A DNA stretch of 50,206 nucleotides, the filler included, from Ionaspis alba (taxonomy: Eukaryota), in the NCBI GenBank assembly GCA_964255285.1. It is 2 parts of 2 records of this genome, joined end to end, with 100 filler letters (N's around TTAATTAATTAA, not from the genome) between each part and the next. Parts side by side here need not be neighbours in the genome. Positions count along the whole stretch, not along the records: positions 1 to 25,065 come from CAXUUL010000162.1; 1 more part is not named here. One strand, 5' to 3'. Numbering within the stretch: position 1 is the stretch's first letter; every line of letters starts with the position of its first letter. The notes under the pieces are model-generated. The model was given only the letters and a program-made list of their open reading frames with translations. It was not told the origin of the DNA and ran no database searches. This document shows, one piece after another, positions 12,257 to 23,324 of the stretch. Position numbers and translations under genes: made by a program.

Positions 12257-13399
12257 ATGCAAATACATTTACGGTCTGCCACAGATGATCCCGTTTCAAC
12301 ATTCGACGGTGTGTCGACGACTGATGTTGCATCCACGACCGTGGCTTCATCAACGAACGCGGCGATCTCAGCCACTACGATCACATCAACGTTATCAACT
12401 ACTTCAACGCAGGCACCAGCCACAGCATCAAACGGCGGATATAATTATGTTACCGGAGGCGGCCTTGCGGCAACTTTGATATTGGGCTTTTTTATCATAG
12501 GTTCTGGGTCCTACCTTGGTTATCTCCTTTACCTCAAATTCCAAAGACGTCTTATGAAGGCGGATGAAATCGACGAAGAGAAGGTTCTTTCCGAATCTAA
12601 TCTTAGAAGGTTGAGCGAAGCACATCCGGGCGATCTTTCCAAGAAAGGACCTACGAGCTTCGATGATATTGTTACTCGGAACGGGAAGGTTCTTGATAAA
12701 AGCTCTTCTACTAGTCGAGCATCGCACCCGTCTAATGCTAGCACCGAAAAGGCTGAGACCCAGCCTGAAGACCACGGCGAAAGAGCAAAGCCTCCAGAAC
12801 TCCCACGTAGACCTTCAGGCACACCCCATCCTCGCACTCCACAGCAGGTCTGGCGTTCTCCCCGAAGAAAACCTCCTCAGCTTGCAACTCGTTACCGGAA
12901 GGCTTCAACATCCAGTCCAAAATTGCCGACAACTCCGCCATCTGCTGATTGGTCGTCCGCAATGCCCTCATCACTCAGCACTCCGTCACGTCCAGACCTC
13001 ACGCGATTGCCGTATCCCCTGTCGTCCGCCCCGCCGACTACGCCTCCACTCGAACACGGGCAGCCTGTTCGGCCAACTCGCCCGCCGCGCCTATCTTTAC
13101 TCGGCGTTAACAGATATACGCCACACACTCCGTCGCCTCTGAGCGGCCGTTGCCTCTCTCCCGAGGCCAGTTCAGCACAGTTGATGAATCATCCGGCAGC
13201 CAAAGGAAGACGTCTCAGCGATCTGAGTCCGGGTTTGGATCCGGACTACGTGTACCCGATGACACCGGCGCAGATTGGCGACGGAAGGCCGCTTGAAGGA
13301 CTAGGGAGGAGGGGCGAAGAGGGAGTAAGTAAAGAACGGAGGGCAATGGAGGCCGAGAGGGGAGCAGGGCGGGAGGACTGTATTGAGCGAAAGGATTAG
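12257..13399 (+). CDS. Single-pass membrane protein: Ser/Thr-rich N-terminus, TM helix, Pro/Ser-rich cytoplasmic tail (380 aa)
   Basis: Uninterrupted ORF from ATG 12257. S/T-rich stretch, then TM GLAATLILGFFIIGSGSYLGYLLYL followed by basic KFQRR, then a tail with many PxxP motifs. No family recognised. Confidence 0.75.
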   Translation: MQIHLRSATDDPVSTFDGVSTTDVASTTVASSTNAAISATTITSTLSTTSTQAPATASNGGYNYVTGGGLAATLILGFFIIGSGSYLGYLLYLKFQRRLMKADEIDEEKVLSESNLRRLSEAHPGDLSKKGPTSFDDIVTRNGKVLDKSSSTSRASHPSNASTEKAETQPEDHGERAKPPELPRRPSGTPHPRTPQQVWRSPRRKPPQLATRYRKASTSSPKLPTTPPSADWSSAMPSSLSTPSRPDLTRLPYPLSSAPPTTPPLEHGQPVRPTRPPRLSLLGVNRYTPHTPSPLSGRCLSPEASSAQLMNHPAAKGRRLSDLSPGLDPDYVYPMTPAQIGDGRPLEGLGRRGEEGVSKERRAMEAERGAGREDCIERKD

Positions 13400-13808
13400 G
13401 CATGATGCGTCAAGGATGGTGTATGATAGCACGATTTTTATGACCGACATGATGACCTGGAGAGTATGATACGATTTGTAGAGGAGAGGAGGAAAGGTAA
13501 TAGTGAGCGGTACAGAGATATCATAACAGATTAATCAAGTTAATAAGCTATCTCCGTCCACAAAAAGCCATTGAGCGCAAGGTATAGACGAGTCAGTATA
13601 CCTTGATCTTGCACCGCCAAGCAGGTACCATCGAGATCAGAACTTGTTCCCATTAGTAACATCTGTGCAGGCTCGACAAAAAAGAGGCATAGTAGTGATC
13701 GAGTGGGTCTCAAACCAGTAATCTATTGTTGTTCGCAAGGTAGACCTTTTGTAGACATTGTGAGGCCTTTTGGACCTCGAATGTAGTGCATCTTGTAGAA
13801 TGAGTGCC

Positions 13809-14018
13809 AGGCATTTGAAGAGCGGTGTCTGGAGGATTTGGTTGAGCTCATGAAGGAAGAGGANNNNNNNNNNNNNNNNNNNNNNNNNNNNNNNNNNNNN
13901 NNNNNNNNNNNNNNNNNNNNNNNNNNNNNNNNNNNNNNNNNNNNNNNNNNNNNNNNNNNNNNNAGGCATTTGAAGAGCGGTGTCTGGAGGATTTGGTTGA
14001 GCTCATGAAGGAAGAGGA
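13809..14018. other. Assembly gap (100 N, 13864-13963) flanked by an exact 55-bp duplication
   Basis: 13809-13863 is identical to 13964-14018, the same 55-bp length as at the first gap. Confidence 0.95.
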
Positions 14019-14391
14019 TGACACGTCTGCTGTTGCTGTTGCTGTTGCTCTTGAAGACAACTGTTTTGTGATGACTGTGTTGTAACGGGTTTAGCTACGA
14101 GCCGTAAGCGAGTCTTCCTTGGAGATTCACCCCGCTATTGCCCCGCTATCAGCAATCATAAGCCGCTCCCAAGGGCGTTCATGTTGATGACGATGCATCC
14201 CCGTCCCACCCCCAACGGCAGGAAAAAGGATCGAGCATACGTGGGGAAGGAGGGTTGGGAGTTCTATTCCTACATACTCCTGCATTGACCTCCTCTACCA
14301 TTATTGATACTTGGGAGTTGTGCTTTCTCACTGTACCATTGTATCCTTCTATATCTCCGATAGAGCTGAATGCTCAGATAACACAGGCGTC

Positions 14392-15445
14392 ATGGCAAAC
14401 TTGAATATCACCTCGTAAGTCCAAGTCGCGTGCTTATCGGCCACTCCTGTCTGGAATTATTTCACGAGAGAAATAAGTGCTAACATTCCCAATAGTAAGA
14501 CTTTCCCTCTCAACACAGGCGCGCAGATCCCCGCCCTTGGTCTTGGAACGTGGCAAAGCAAACCGGAAGAAGTAGCCAAGGCGGTCAAATTTGCGCTGCA
14601 AAAGGGCTATCGTCATATCGACACCGCTCTTGCCTACGAAAACGAAGCCGAGGTGGGCCAAGGCATCAAAGATTCGAAGGTCCCGCGCAAAGAGATCTGG
14701 TTGACGACCAAACTCGAAAACGTCTGGCACGACCGCATCGAAGAAGGTCTTGATAAGTCCCTCAAGGAGCTCGGCACAGAATATGTAGATCTGTGTCTAA
14801 TCGTACATAGCAATGGTTGAGAGGTTTCACAAGAGGCATAGGACTGACCATTCCTAGCATTGGCCGCATCCAGCCGAGTCCAAGCAGGTTCCCGACTGGG
14901 ACTTCATCAAGACTTGGTAATAAACAATCCTTTCAGATATTATTCCCTCCCCCTACTCTCTGCCACACCAGTATCTGACAATGCCGGGTAGGCAAGAAAT
15001 GCAAAAGCTCCCAGCCACGGGCAAAGTCCGTAACATCGGGGTCTCCAATTTCAGCATCAAGAACCTTGAGCGACTTCTTTCGAACTCGTCCTGTAGAACC
15101 ACCCCTGCAGTCAACCAAATCGAGCTCCATCCTAAACAGCCTCAACCCAATCTTGTCGCCTACTGTCACTCCAAAGACATCCACTGCACGGGGATCTCGT
15201 GCCTAGGCTCTTACAGCTCGCCTCTCTTCAAAGACCCGACGATCACACTGATGGGTGACAAGCGGGGCAGGACGTCGGCACAGGTACTCTTACATTGGGG
15301 CATACAGAGGGGATGGAGCGTGATTCCACAGAGCACCACTAAAACCAAGATCGAAGAAAATTTCGATCTCGATGGGTGGGAGTTGAACGAGAGGGAGATG
15401 AAGGAGTTGGACTTGATGGCGGATAGAGACGCGCTGGAGATGTAG
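14392..15445 (+). CDS. Second aldo-keto reductase (glycerol dehydrogenase Gcy1-like), divergent, 280 aa
   Basis: Exons 14392-14414, 14496-14802, 14858-14916, 14992-15445 join in frame. [52 protein letters not shown]. The catalytic tetrad is intact. Confidence 0.9.
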
Positions 15446-16183
15446 GATAGAGTTGGAATGTCATGTTCATCTGGGACTTGCCAACGAGAATTGTTGATAT
15501 AATTATTCTGGTACTTGGGCTCAAACCTTCGGGGGGAGGCTTTTGGACATCCACATAATGTTCGTGGCTTTTCTCGCCTCTTTGTAGTTAGTGCAGATAC
15601 GAGATGGAAGTGCAGCAAGCTGTGGCTGTTGGGCATGGCTCCGTTTGGGTCATAGAAATATCAGCGACCAAGATGTTTTTGGCAGATTCTCTATTTATGT
15701 CATGAGTATATAAATTGAGAGGGACGGAAGGTTTTCATTCGCTGATAGGCTTTAGAATGGCTTGATCCGTCACCGTATAAGGGTTAAAGTGGGTGAACTC
15801 CCCTAAACCCGTACACAGTATTTAGGACAATAGGGATAGTTATCCCTGGTAAGGGTAACTACAGTGGTCCTTTGGCAGTTGGACCCTGTGACCCTGTCCC
15901 CGAAGGTTACAAAACTCCATCAAGATATTGCGGATTTCATGCTAAGACTCACCGAGGAAATCCAAGAAAAGCAAAGAGTATAGTCCTAGATGATAATATC
16001 AATATTGCCAAGCCTATCAATGAACTTGGCGCACTAACAAAATTTCCCGCTGCTAGTCTACCAAATAGAATTCATATTTCCCCCATTGTTCTCATCTCAC
16101 CTGTCTTTTATATTTCACCTATCACTTTTTACTGCGACGTAAGAGCACTGAGAACTTCCCTTATCAGCTCCCAGCTAGCTAGA

Positions 16184-17507
16184 ATGGAACAGCCAACAAG
16201 AGCAAAGAGCTGGGTACAGGTACCGCAGCACCAATCATGGGGCTTCGACGAGCCTAGACCAGAACTGGTTAAAATCGTAATCGATCTGCGTTCGAAAGAG
16301 CACCAGCCGACGTACCACCCGGCTCCAGAAGCAGCCTATGGTCCGAGCCTATCCTCTATCCTTGCCCATCACCAACAGGCTAAGGTCAGTGATTCCGATT
16401 GGCCAGAATCTCTTAATGTTAGCATTGCTAATTCTCAGCAGAATCTGGAGGTCGGAAGACAACAGTCCACCCTGTCTGATGTCCCAGAGCTCTTTGTATG
16501 TTTGCTACCCTCGGCCCTCTTGTTTTTAAGAATGCTAATAGTTGAGTCAGCGAAAAGAAAATCAACGACCAGGCTCGTTCCAGGACGAGAACTTTAATAA
16601 TTTTGTATTGGAGCATGTCGCAGGTGCCGGTGACAATTACTTTGGTGGTCCTATACTGGATAAGTCTGTGTTACGATGGCGACAAACCCACTACACCAGG
16701 GCATGTGGAGAGGTGATCGGGACGCCGGAATTGAATATACCGTTACCTTCCAACATGAGCCAAATCGTCAAGTCAGTTGCTGTTATGTCAAGCGCATACA
16801 TGACCCAAACAGCAATTTGGGTAGGACCACGCCTTCTCCTCTCAACATTACATCTACATCCCTGGGTCCAAGGTCTCCCATCGAATGAAGAATGCGATCT
16901 AGTCCGGAAATCAGGTCAGACCTTTGACGTCGAGACCGAAATATGCTCGCAGGTTCTGTCAGTACACTCGCCGAAAGTGCAGCTTGTTGAATTCAGCGCC
17001 GAAGACGATATTGGAATTTTCAAACTCCAAGACTGCTATCCTCCAAGATCAGACTGGGTGAGCCCAGATTGGTTGATGGAACGCGACGATGCCTACAGAC
17101 AGAATCTGACTGCGGGACGGAAGGTTGCCTGTGTGGCTTACGATGGAAATATAAATGAAGGAGATATGAGGAAGATCAAGGATCAAGCTGCGATGCAATT
17201 GCAAATGACCTTACAACAATTCGCGTTCTGCTCTCAGCCAATAGATCCGGATACAGTTACCAAGCCACAGATGAAAGTTTTCGCTCCAGGGACTCTGGAC
17301 AAAGCAGACGCCAATGACAAACGCACTACTTTTGGAGTAAGTACTTCCTTGTCGAAAAGCTCCAGCGGAGGACCATGTGTTTTGTTGAACGAAATCGGTG
17401 GTGGTGCAATCATCGGATTGGTACGGGGCTACGAGCTTCTTTCAGATCCATACAACTTGATTGATGGCTTTCCCGTTGGCCTGAAGGCGGCGCTGAAACA
17501 ATTTTAA
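16184..17507 (+). CDS. Putative intracellular trypsin-like (clan PA) serine protease, about 404 aa
   Basis: Exons 16184-16384, 16439-16495, 16551-17507 (introns GTCAGT..GCTAAT..CAG and GTATGT..GCTAAT..CAG). Ordered motifs TAIWVGPRLLLSTLH (His codon 16851), EDDIGIFKL (Asp 17007), SSSGGPCV (Ser 17364), IIGLV. No hydrophobic signal peptide. Confidence 0.7.
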
Positions 17508-17522
17508 TGTGGTGGATCGCTT

Positions 17523-17544
17523 CTGTGCATGTCGTTCAATACCA
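17523..17544 (+). repeat. Direct repeat copy 2 (22 bp exact), 15 nt downstream of the protease stop codon
   Basis: Identical to 7681-7702. Confidence 0.9.
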
Positions 17545-18212
17545 TGGTGGCAACCAGATTGCGGGCTCTACTTTATGTGCAGACTCTGGACGGCGATGTT
17601 GTGATTCGTTACTTTCGTCAAACCTGCGGCCCGTGATATGTCTGGGTCGTGGGGACGGAATCTAGGAGAACAAATTAGCTTAGACGAATGAACATGTGAA
17701 TGCTGTATGGCCCAGTGGTGTTCTAATAGTAGGGTGGGTGCTTTACCGGGAGTGTAGTTGGTCCTGTCGATGGCGATACAGAATTTTTGCACATCTAATA
17801 TCATTCAGAAATTGGTCGAGGTGTTATATGGGAGAAGCGGATTTCGTAAGCGAATGTGTTGACATTTGGATTCCATGGTCAAGGTGACTCAGACGTCGAA
17901 TAGGGTTATCGTCGACAAGCTGTTCAATACAATGCCATAATCTTAATATTGGGGGATAGGAGCCTGACTATCTTGCTTAGAAGACATCGACCAGTGATGC
18001 GACAATAAGGAGATGCCTTCATTATCTGATAGTATTCTTCCATGAAATTTATCATATATAGTCCAAACCCGGAAAAGCAAGAACAAGAGGGGGTATCTCC
18101 AAATTAAGTATTCAGCGCCATCCCAAATCACACTCGGGGAGCTTTGACCATGATGTAGAAGTCCACCAGACACTCCGGGCACTCTGAAGTGTCACAAACT
18201 TAGTGAGAACTA

Positions 18213-21200
18213 CTAACTGCCGTCCTTAAGTTTCCTGACCGCTCTTCTCATGCCGTCCAACCGTCCCTTTTCTCGAACGACCATGCCTCTCACAAAGTTC
18301 CTGATGGCCCCTCTCGCCATCCGCGCGTGTCCTTCTTCCCATCCCGCGACCTCGCCCGCAACGGTCACTTGTGTGTACCGCAACTCGCTGGCAACTCCTC
18401 TCTTCTCCTCCTGCGCTCTTTCCAGTCTCTCTTCTGCGTCAGCTTGTATGCCCTTCCGTGTATCATCGAGTAGTGCAAGGCCAAGCGGCCAGCGATCGGA
18501 GCGACGGAGGGAGGATCGATGACGGTCGATTGTCTTTTGAGCTGCTGCGAGAGAAGCAATGAGCTGTGGAGGGCGAGCAAGTGCCGCGAGGAGAGCTTGG
18601 GTGGTTGTAGTAAGGGCTGTCAAGGTGCTGTGGATTAGGGTGTAAGGATCTGATGCTGCAGGCTTGAAGACATTGGTGTAGGAAGTGAAAGCTGCCAGGT
18701 GATTCGCAGGCAGGAAGGGAAGCGCGGCGATATTCGTCGAGGTTAAATGCAGGGAGCTGAAGAGGTCTTATAAATTGAGATATTAGCCGGGTGCAGATAG
18801 TGAAATGTCCGTTGGAAAGCGATGACTGACCAGTAGAAACATTACGGATACTATTGACCCGGCGCGTGACGCTTTTGGTGGAGTGATTGACACTGCGGAT
18901 AGAGTCGCGGGCATGGCTGACAAATTGCTCTACTGTGCGGACATCGTCGATGGGCTCGTATTCCTCTTTCACTTTCTCTGTCCTAATGTCGGCCTTCTTG
19001 AGGGAGCGTTCGGCCATCATTTCAGGTTGGATTTCAGGTACAAGGATGAATTCCCAAAGAAGCTCGTGCGTGGAGAACGTTGGGTGGGCCAACATGATCT
19101 TGAGAAATTTGTCAAGCCGGACTTGGATGTCATGCAGGACCGCCCTCGAAGGTCGAGAGGGAATCTGGAAAGGAGAGCGAAAATTGGAAATTGATGGTAG
19201 CCACGACGCAGGATGCTCAATCGATAACCACTTGGTTAAGTTTTCAAAATCCGCCAACGATCTTCGACAAGTCGTCACAGCGATCATGCCATCCCCGCCC
19301 CGAGCGGCAGACTTAATGATCAATCGGATCGTGGAATCTTCCACAAAAAACGATCTGACCACTGCGGTAACACGACCATCGGAAGCAGGTGGATTCGACA
19401 CCAGGATCATATCATCTATGCGATTGCGTACTTCGTCGTCCTTGGCTAGTTCGACTGCCGTCATGCCTCGCATCTCTTTTGCTTGGATATCTACTCTGCG
19501 GTCCGAAAACATTGCCCTGACAAGATCAAAACGTCCAAACTTGCTCGCAACCATCAACGGAGTAAAGAGTTTGTCGTTTGGTGCGTTCGGATCTGTATCG
19601 CAATGCTCCAATATCCGTAGGGCCAGGTAAGGATCGCTCACAACATGAAGAAGGGTATTGCCTTTGGAGTCGATGTGATCATCTAGATGCAGCGGTTCCT
19701 GGTCCCCTTGTTCTTCCGTTGCAATCTGCAACGCAGCGTTGACCATATCTAGATACTTAGAATGGTCGTATGATCTGCAAAGAGCCAACAACGGTGTTTG
19801 CCCGTTTTTGTCCTTTTGCCGCCACGGGAGTAGAGTACCGAATTCCTGAATCAGCTGTGGAGCATTGAACAGGTAGTGAGCAAGAGTTCGCCCTCGAGTG
19901 TCTTGTCGTCTAAGATACTGCCGTATTTTCGTGACATCACGAAGCCGAAATACGTAATCAACCATGATATTAATGAGCCCTTCGTGAGCAGATTGTATTG
20001 CGGCGCTCAATAGTGTGGTACCATCGCTACTGCATTCAGCAAGAACTACTTCACTCGGGTAGTATTCTTCCAGTGACAAAAGGTAGTCAAGAGCTTCTGG
20101 TTGTCTAGTCTCGACAGCCATCATGAGTACAGAATCGCCCTTTGAGTCTTGTGTTTGACACAGCTTCTCTATGGAGGTATCTCCTTCGATTGCACTCGTC
20201 CTGGACGTGACAGTACTGGTTCGTGACCTGAAAGAGTATTCCGAAGCATTGGAGAGACTTCGTAAGTCCATGGAGACGCGTTTGATAGGGCGAGGCCTTG
20301 CAAGAGATGGATCCGGCTCTTGAGCAATCTGGAACGGGAAGACATGGGCCAAATTCGACTCACCAGATATATCCTCTGTTTCTCCTTCTCTTTCCGGGGA
20401 GCTTTCAGGTAACTTGAACCCATTGGATTGATCATGTCCTCGCCACTGTGGATGTCCGTTCGTCCCGGTGATAGATGAGTTATTGCTGACCTCTGCCTCA
20501 TCCGAAGACTCTTCTTCACTAGAGAGCGAGTTCTCGTTTGGCTCTAAGATAGATTTCATTTCCAGCAAATTTCCTTTTTTCGTAGCTTGCCAAAGCCGCC
20601 TATTTCTGCGACTGGCAACTCTCAAACCGCCCGAGTCGTGAGCAAGGTAGGACAAAACGGCCTCAAATGTGCTCAAGGCATAACCCATCTCACCACTCTC
20701 GACATCATCAATGAAGATGAAGCCTCGCACATAAGCCAATCTCGCCTGAAGATGTCGAACCTGAGATCTGATAACGACCACAAGAAGCAAAGAAACCAGG
20801 GTATCAGCATTCATGGTCATGGCTGGATGATGCTTTTCGGAAGGAGCTGGAGCCTTGTCAGTAGAAGCGTTGGCTGGTGGACTACTATCGCTCGAGGAGG
20901 TAATGATCTTCTGGGTTTCAAGCAGAATGTTCATCATTTCTTGAGGGCTGCCGGCAACGCCTAGCTTTCGAAATTCGGCCACTCCGAGGCTTAGTCTCTG
21001 AGTAAGTTGCTCTTTTCCTTCTCGTCCATCCTCAATTTCTATACCAACTTGAGCGATATCGATATACATCATATGGTGAATGCGGGATTCGAGCTCTTGG
21101 TCTTCGAGCTTATGGACGTTGCAGAGCCGGGGGAACAGAATTGAATCATGGAATTGCTCGGTGACGTAGCGTTCTATCAGTCTCTCAACTAAGGGACCGG

Positions 21201-22269
21201 TGAGCTCGGTAGTAGCACCTAGTAAAGATAACTGCTGCTTGTCCACTAATTGAAACAGATCAATTGCTGCTGTGACTGCATTTTCTAAGGTCTTCCTCAT
21301 GTGATCCTCTTCATCGTCTGCATAAGTATCTAGGCTCCCAACAGAGGACGATTTGGCATGACCATTGGAGTATCTGCCAAACACAAAGCCGTTGCCTTCT
21401 GTATGCGAAGAAGCCGAGGAGCGACGTCTCAGAGTACTAGATGGAGATTTCGGATGTACTGCAGGTAGTGGTTTGCCAATATCCTTGTTGAAATCCTTAA
21501 AAACCTTCTCCAGGCCAGATTGCATTTGCCGAGCGATCATAGGGAAGTTATTGAGAAGATCATTAAAGGATTTGATATCCTTCTTGCTGGGGCTCGTGGC
21601 GGTGAATACAGTCTCGCCTCCATTTCTGGTGATGGTGGGGGGTAATGCAGGACTCTTCAGGCTAGCTTCTTGATGGGGAAGTATTGCAGGAGTGATTTTG
21701 ATAGGCTCGAGTGCTCCGACCAGCGGTTTGGAGATGTAATAGATAAGCCATTGCTGGGCATCGAAAGTGTCTGGATAGTATAGAAAATCCAGATATAGCT
21801 GGGCTTGATTTAAGTTCCTGAAACCTACACGACCATATTAATCCACCTTTCCACGATATCGCTACATCCTGGTTTACCTTTATTGCTGTAAACAAATGAT
21901 TCCTTGACAACAACTGTGCGTCCGTTTACCGTAGTAAATTGCTTGGCCTTTCCTCTATTGTCTCGTACGCTACCAGCATCCTTATTCCCCTCGGACGGTC
22001 CGGCTTCACCAACACGAAGCACATGGCTGGCAAGAAACTCTTCGGTTGCCACAAGATCGATAAGGGCGTTTCCAGTATCTCGATCTTTGTGAGTTAGGAG
22101 TACTTCGGTCGTAGGAAGCAGGATGATCTTGCAAAAGTCAGCTAGGTTGTAGAGTCCTCCACTGACGGAGCTGCCAAAGCAAGCCACTCACATGTTGGTT
22201 GACGGGAATGCATTGAGATGGCAGGGTACTTCTGAAGAAAGCCCGCAGAAAGGGATTTAGGGAGTGCAT
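18213..22269 (-). CDS. VPS9-ankyrin-PX(-BAR) endosomal Rab GEF, Vrl1/VARP-like, 1291 aa
   Basis: Exons 22269-22192, 22127-21878, 21824-18831, 18766-18213 join in frame. VPS9 motifs MNADTLVSLL and GEMGYALSTF, ankyrin repeats (GQTPLLAL, GNTLLHVV, TPLMVASKFG), PX-like RRSLADFENL...LDKFLKIMLAHP, helical C-terminus. Confidence 0.88.
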
Positions 22270-23324
22270 TCATTCGGCATTGAGGCAAGACAAAGGTCTC
22301 CGAGGCGGCATTGATACTTCGGCGCGAGAAAGAAGAGCCCACATATCACAGACGCGAAGGGTGTGCCCCAGGAAGTCCCAGACGTTGATGATCTTTGGCA
22401 CATGCTGGAGTTGTTCCTGACTGAATCCCTGTAGCATGCACGGACTGTGGCAGTATGTTTTTCCGCGAAGCAGTCTGAAAGAGGTTAGACTGTATTTCGT
22501 CCTCAGCGGGATTCACGGGTTTTGGATCAAGAGTATTATTTTTTGCTCTTTCGTCCCTAAGTTGGAAAAAACCAGATAACGTGCCTGCTGACTTGATTCT
22601 GGGTTGAAGTGATCTCTAAGGGCCATAAAAGGCGCTTTCGAGTCGAGATAAGGAGAATTGTACCAAGAACCTCCCTCGTTCATCTGCCACGTCTCCGTTC
22701 GCTCGTGGAAGCCTAGACAGTACATATTCTAATGACTTGTATTCATGTGGGGAGGAAGAAGACGTCCAGTGCGGAATATGTATGGCATCCATCGTAAGCA
22801 TGCGACGCATCCAGCAAGCATCACCTAGCGCCTCCTGTGAGAACCTAACATGACTTAATAGTGACTGCGATATTGCCAGCAGTACATGATACTGCAGGAG
22901 TCAAGTTGACCATGGAGCTCAGAAACACTCTCCGAGTGTATGGGGGAGATTCTCAGCATCTCGAGCCTCATCTTTGGATATAGGGCTTCCTGTTTATTCT
23001 TCGATTGTCATATTCCACAAATCATATCTTCCACAACGCAAAGACGAGAGAATCTCCTGGAGTCATTTCTAGTAATCATCAATTTAGATCGAATGTGTAG
23101 ACATCTTTCAAATAGACACAGGAAAGGTACAGAGCCTGTTGTACATGGAGTGGCGACCGAGATTTTACCCCTTTTCCAGTGCGCCAGACCACCCATTCCA
23201 GAAAACACCCAACCATAGCTTGCCAGTAATAGTATACAACATGAACGCATAGCACTAGACCGTCGATGCTCGCTAAAAGCCAACCAGATAGAAACGTCCG
23301 AAAGTCGAGAACCTCTGGACAAAA

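Noticed and set aside
13799..14085. Coding-like stretch NECQAFEERCLEDLVELMKEEDDTSAVAVAVALED with a short (GCTGTT)n run
   Set aside because: It is short, spans an assembly gap, and has no convincing start or branch-point-supported upstream exon.
15872..16183. TTG-initiated 5' extension of the protease ORF in the track
   Set aside because: Non-ATG start in AT-rich promoter-like sequence. ATG 16184 is the plausible start.
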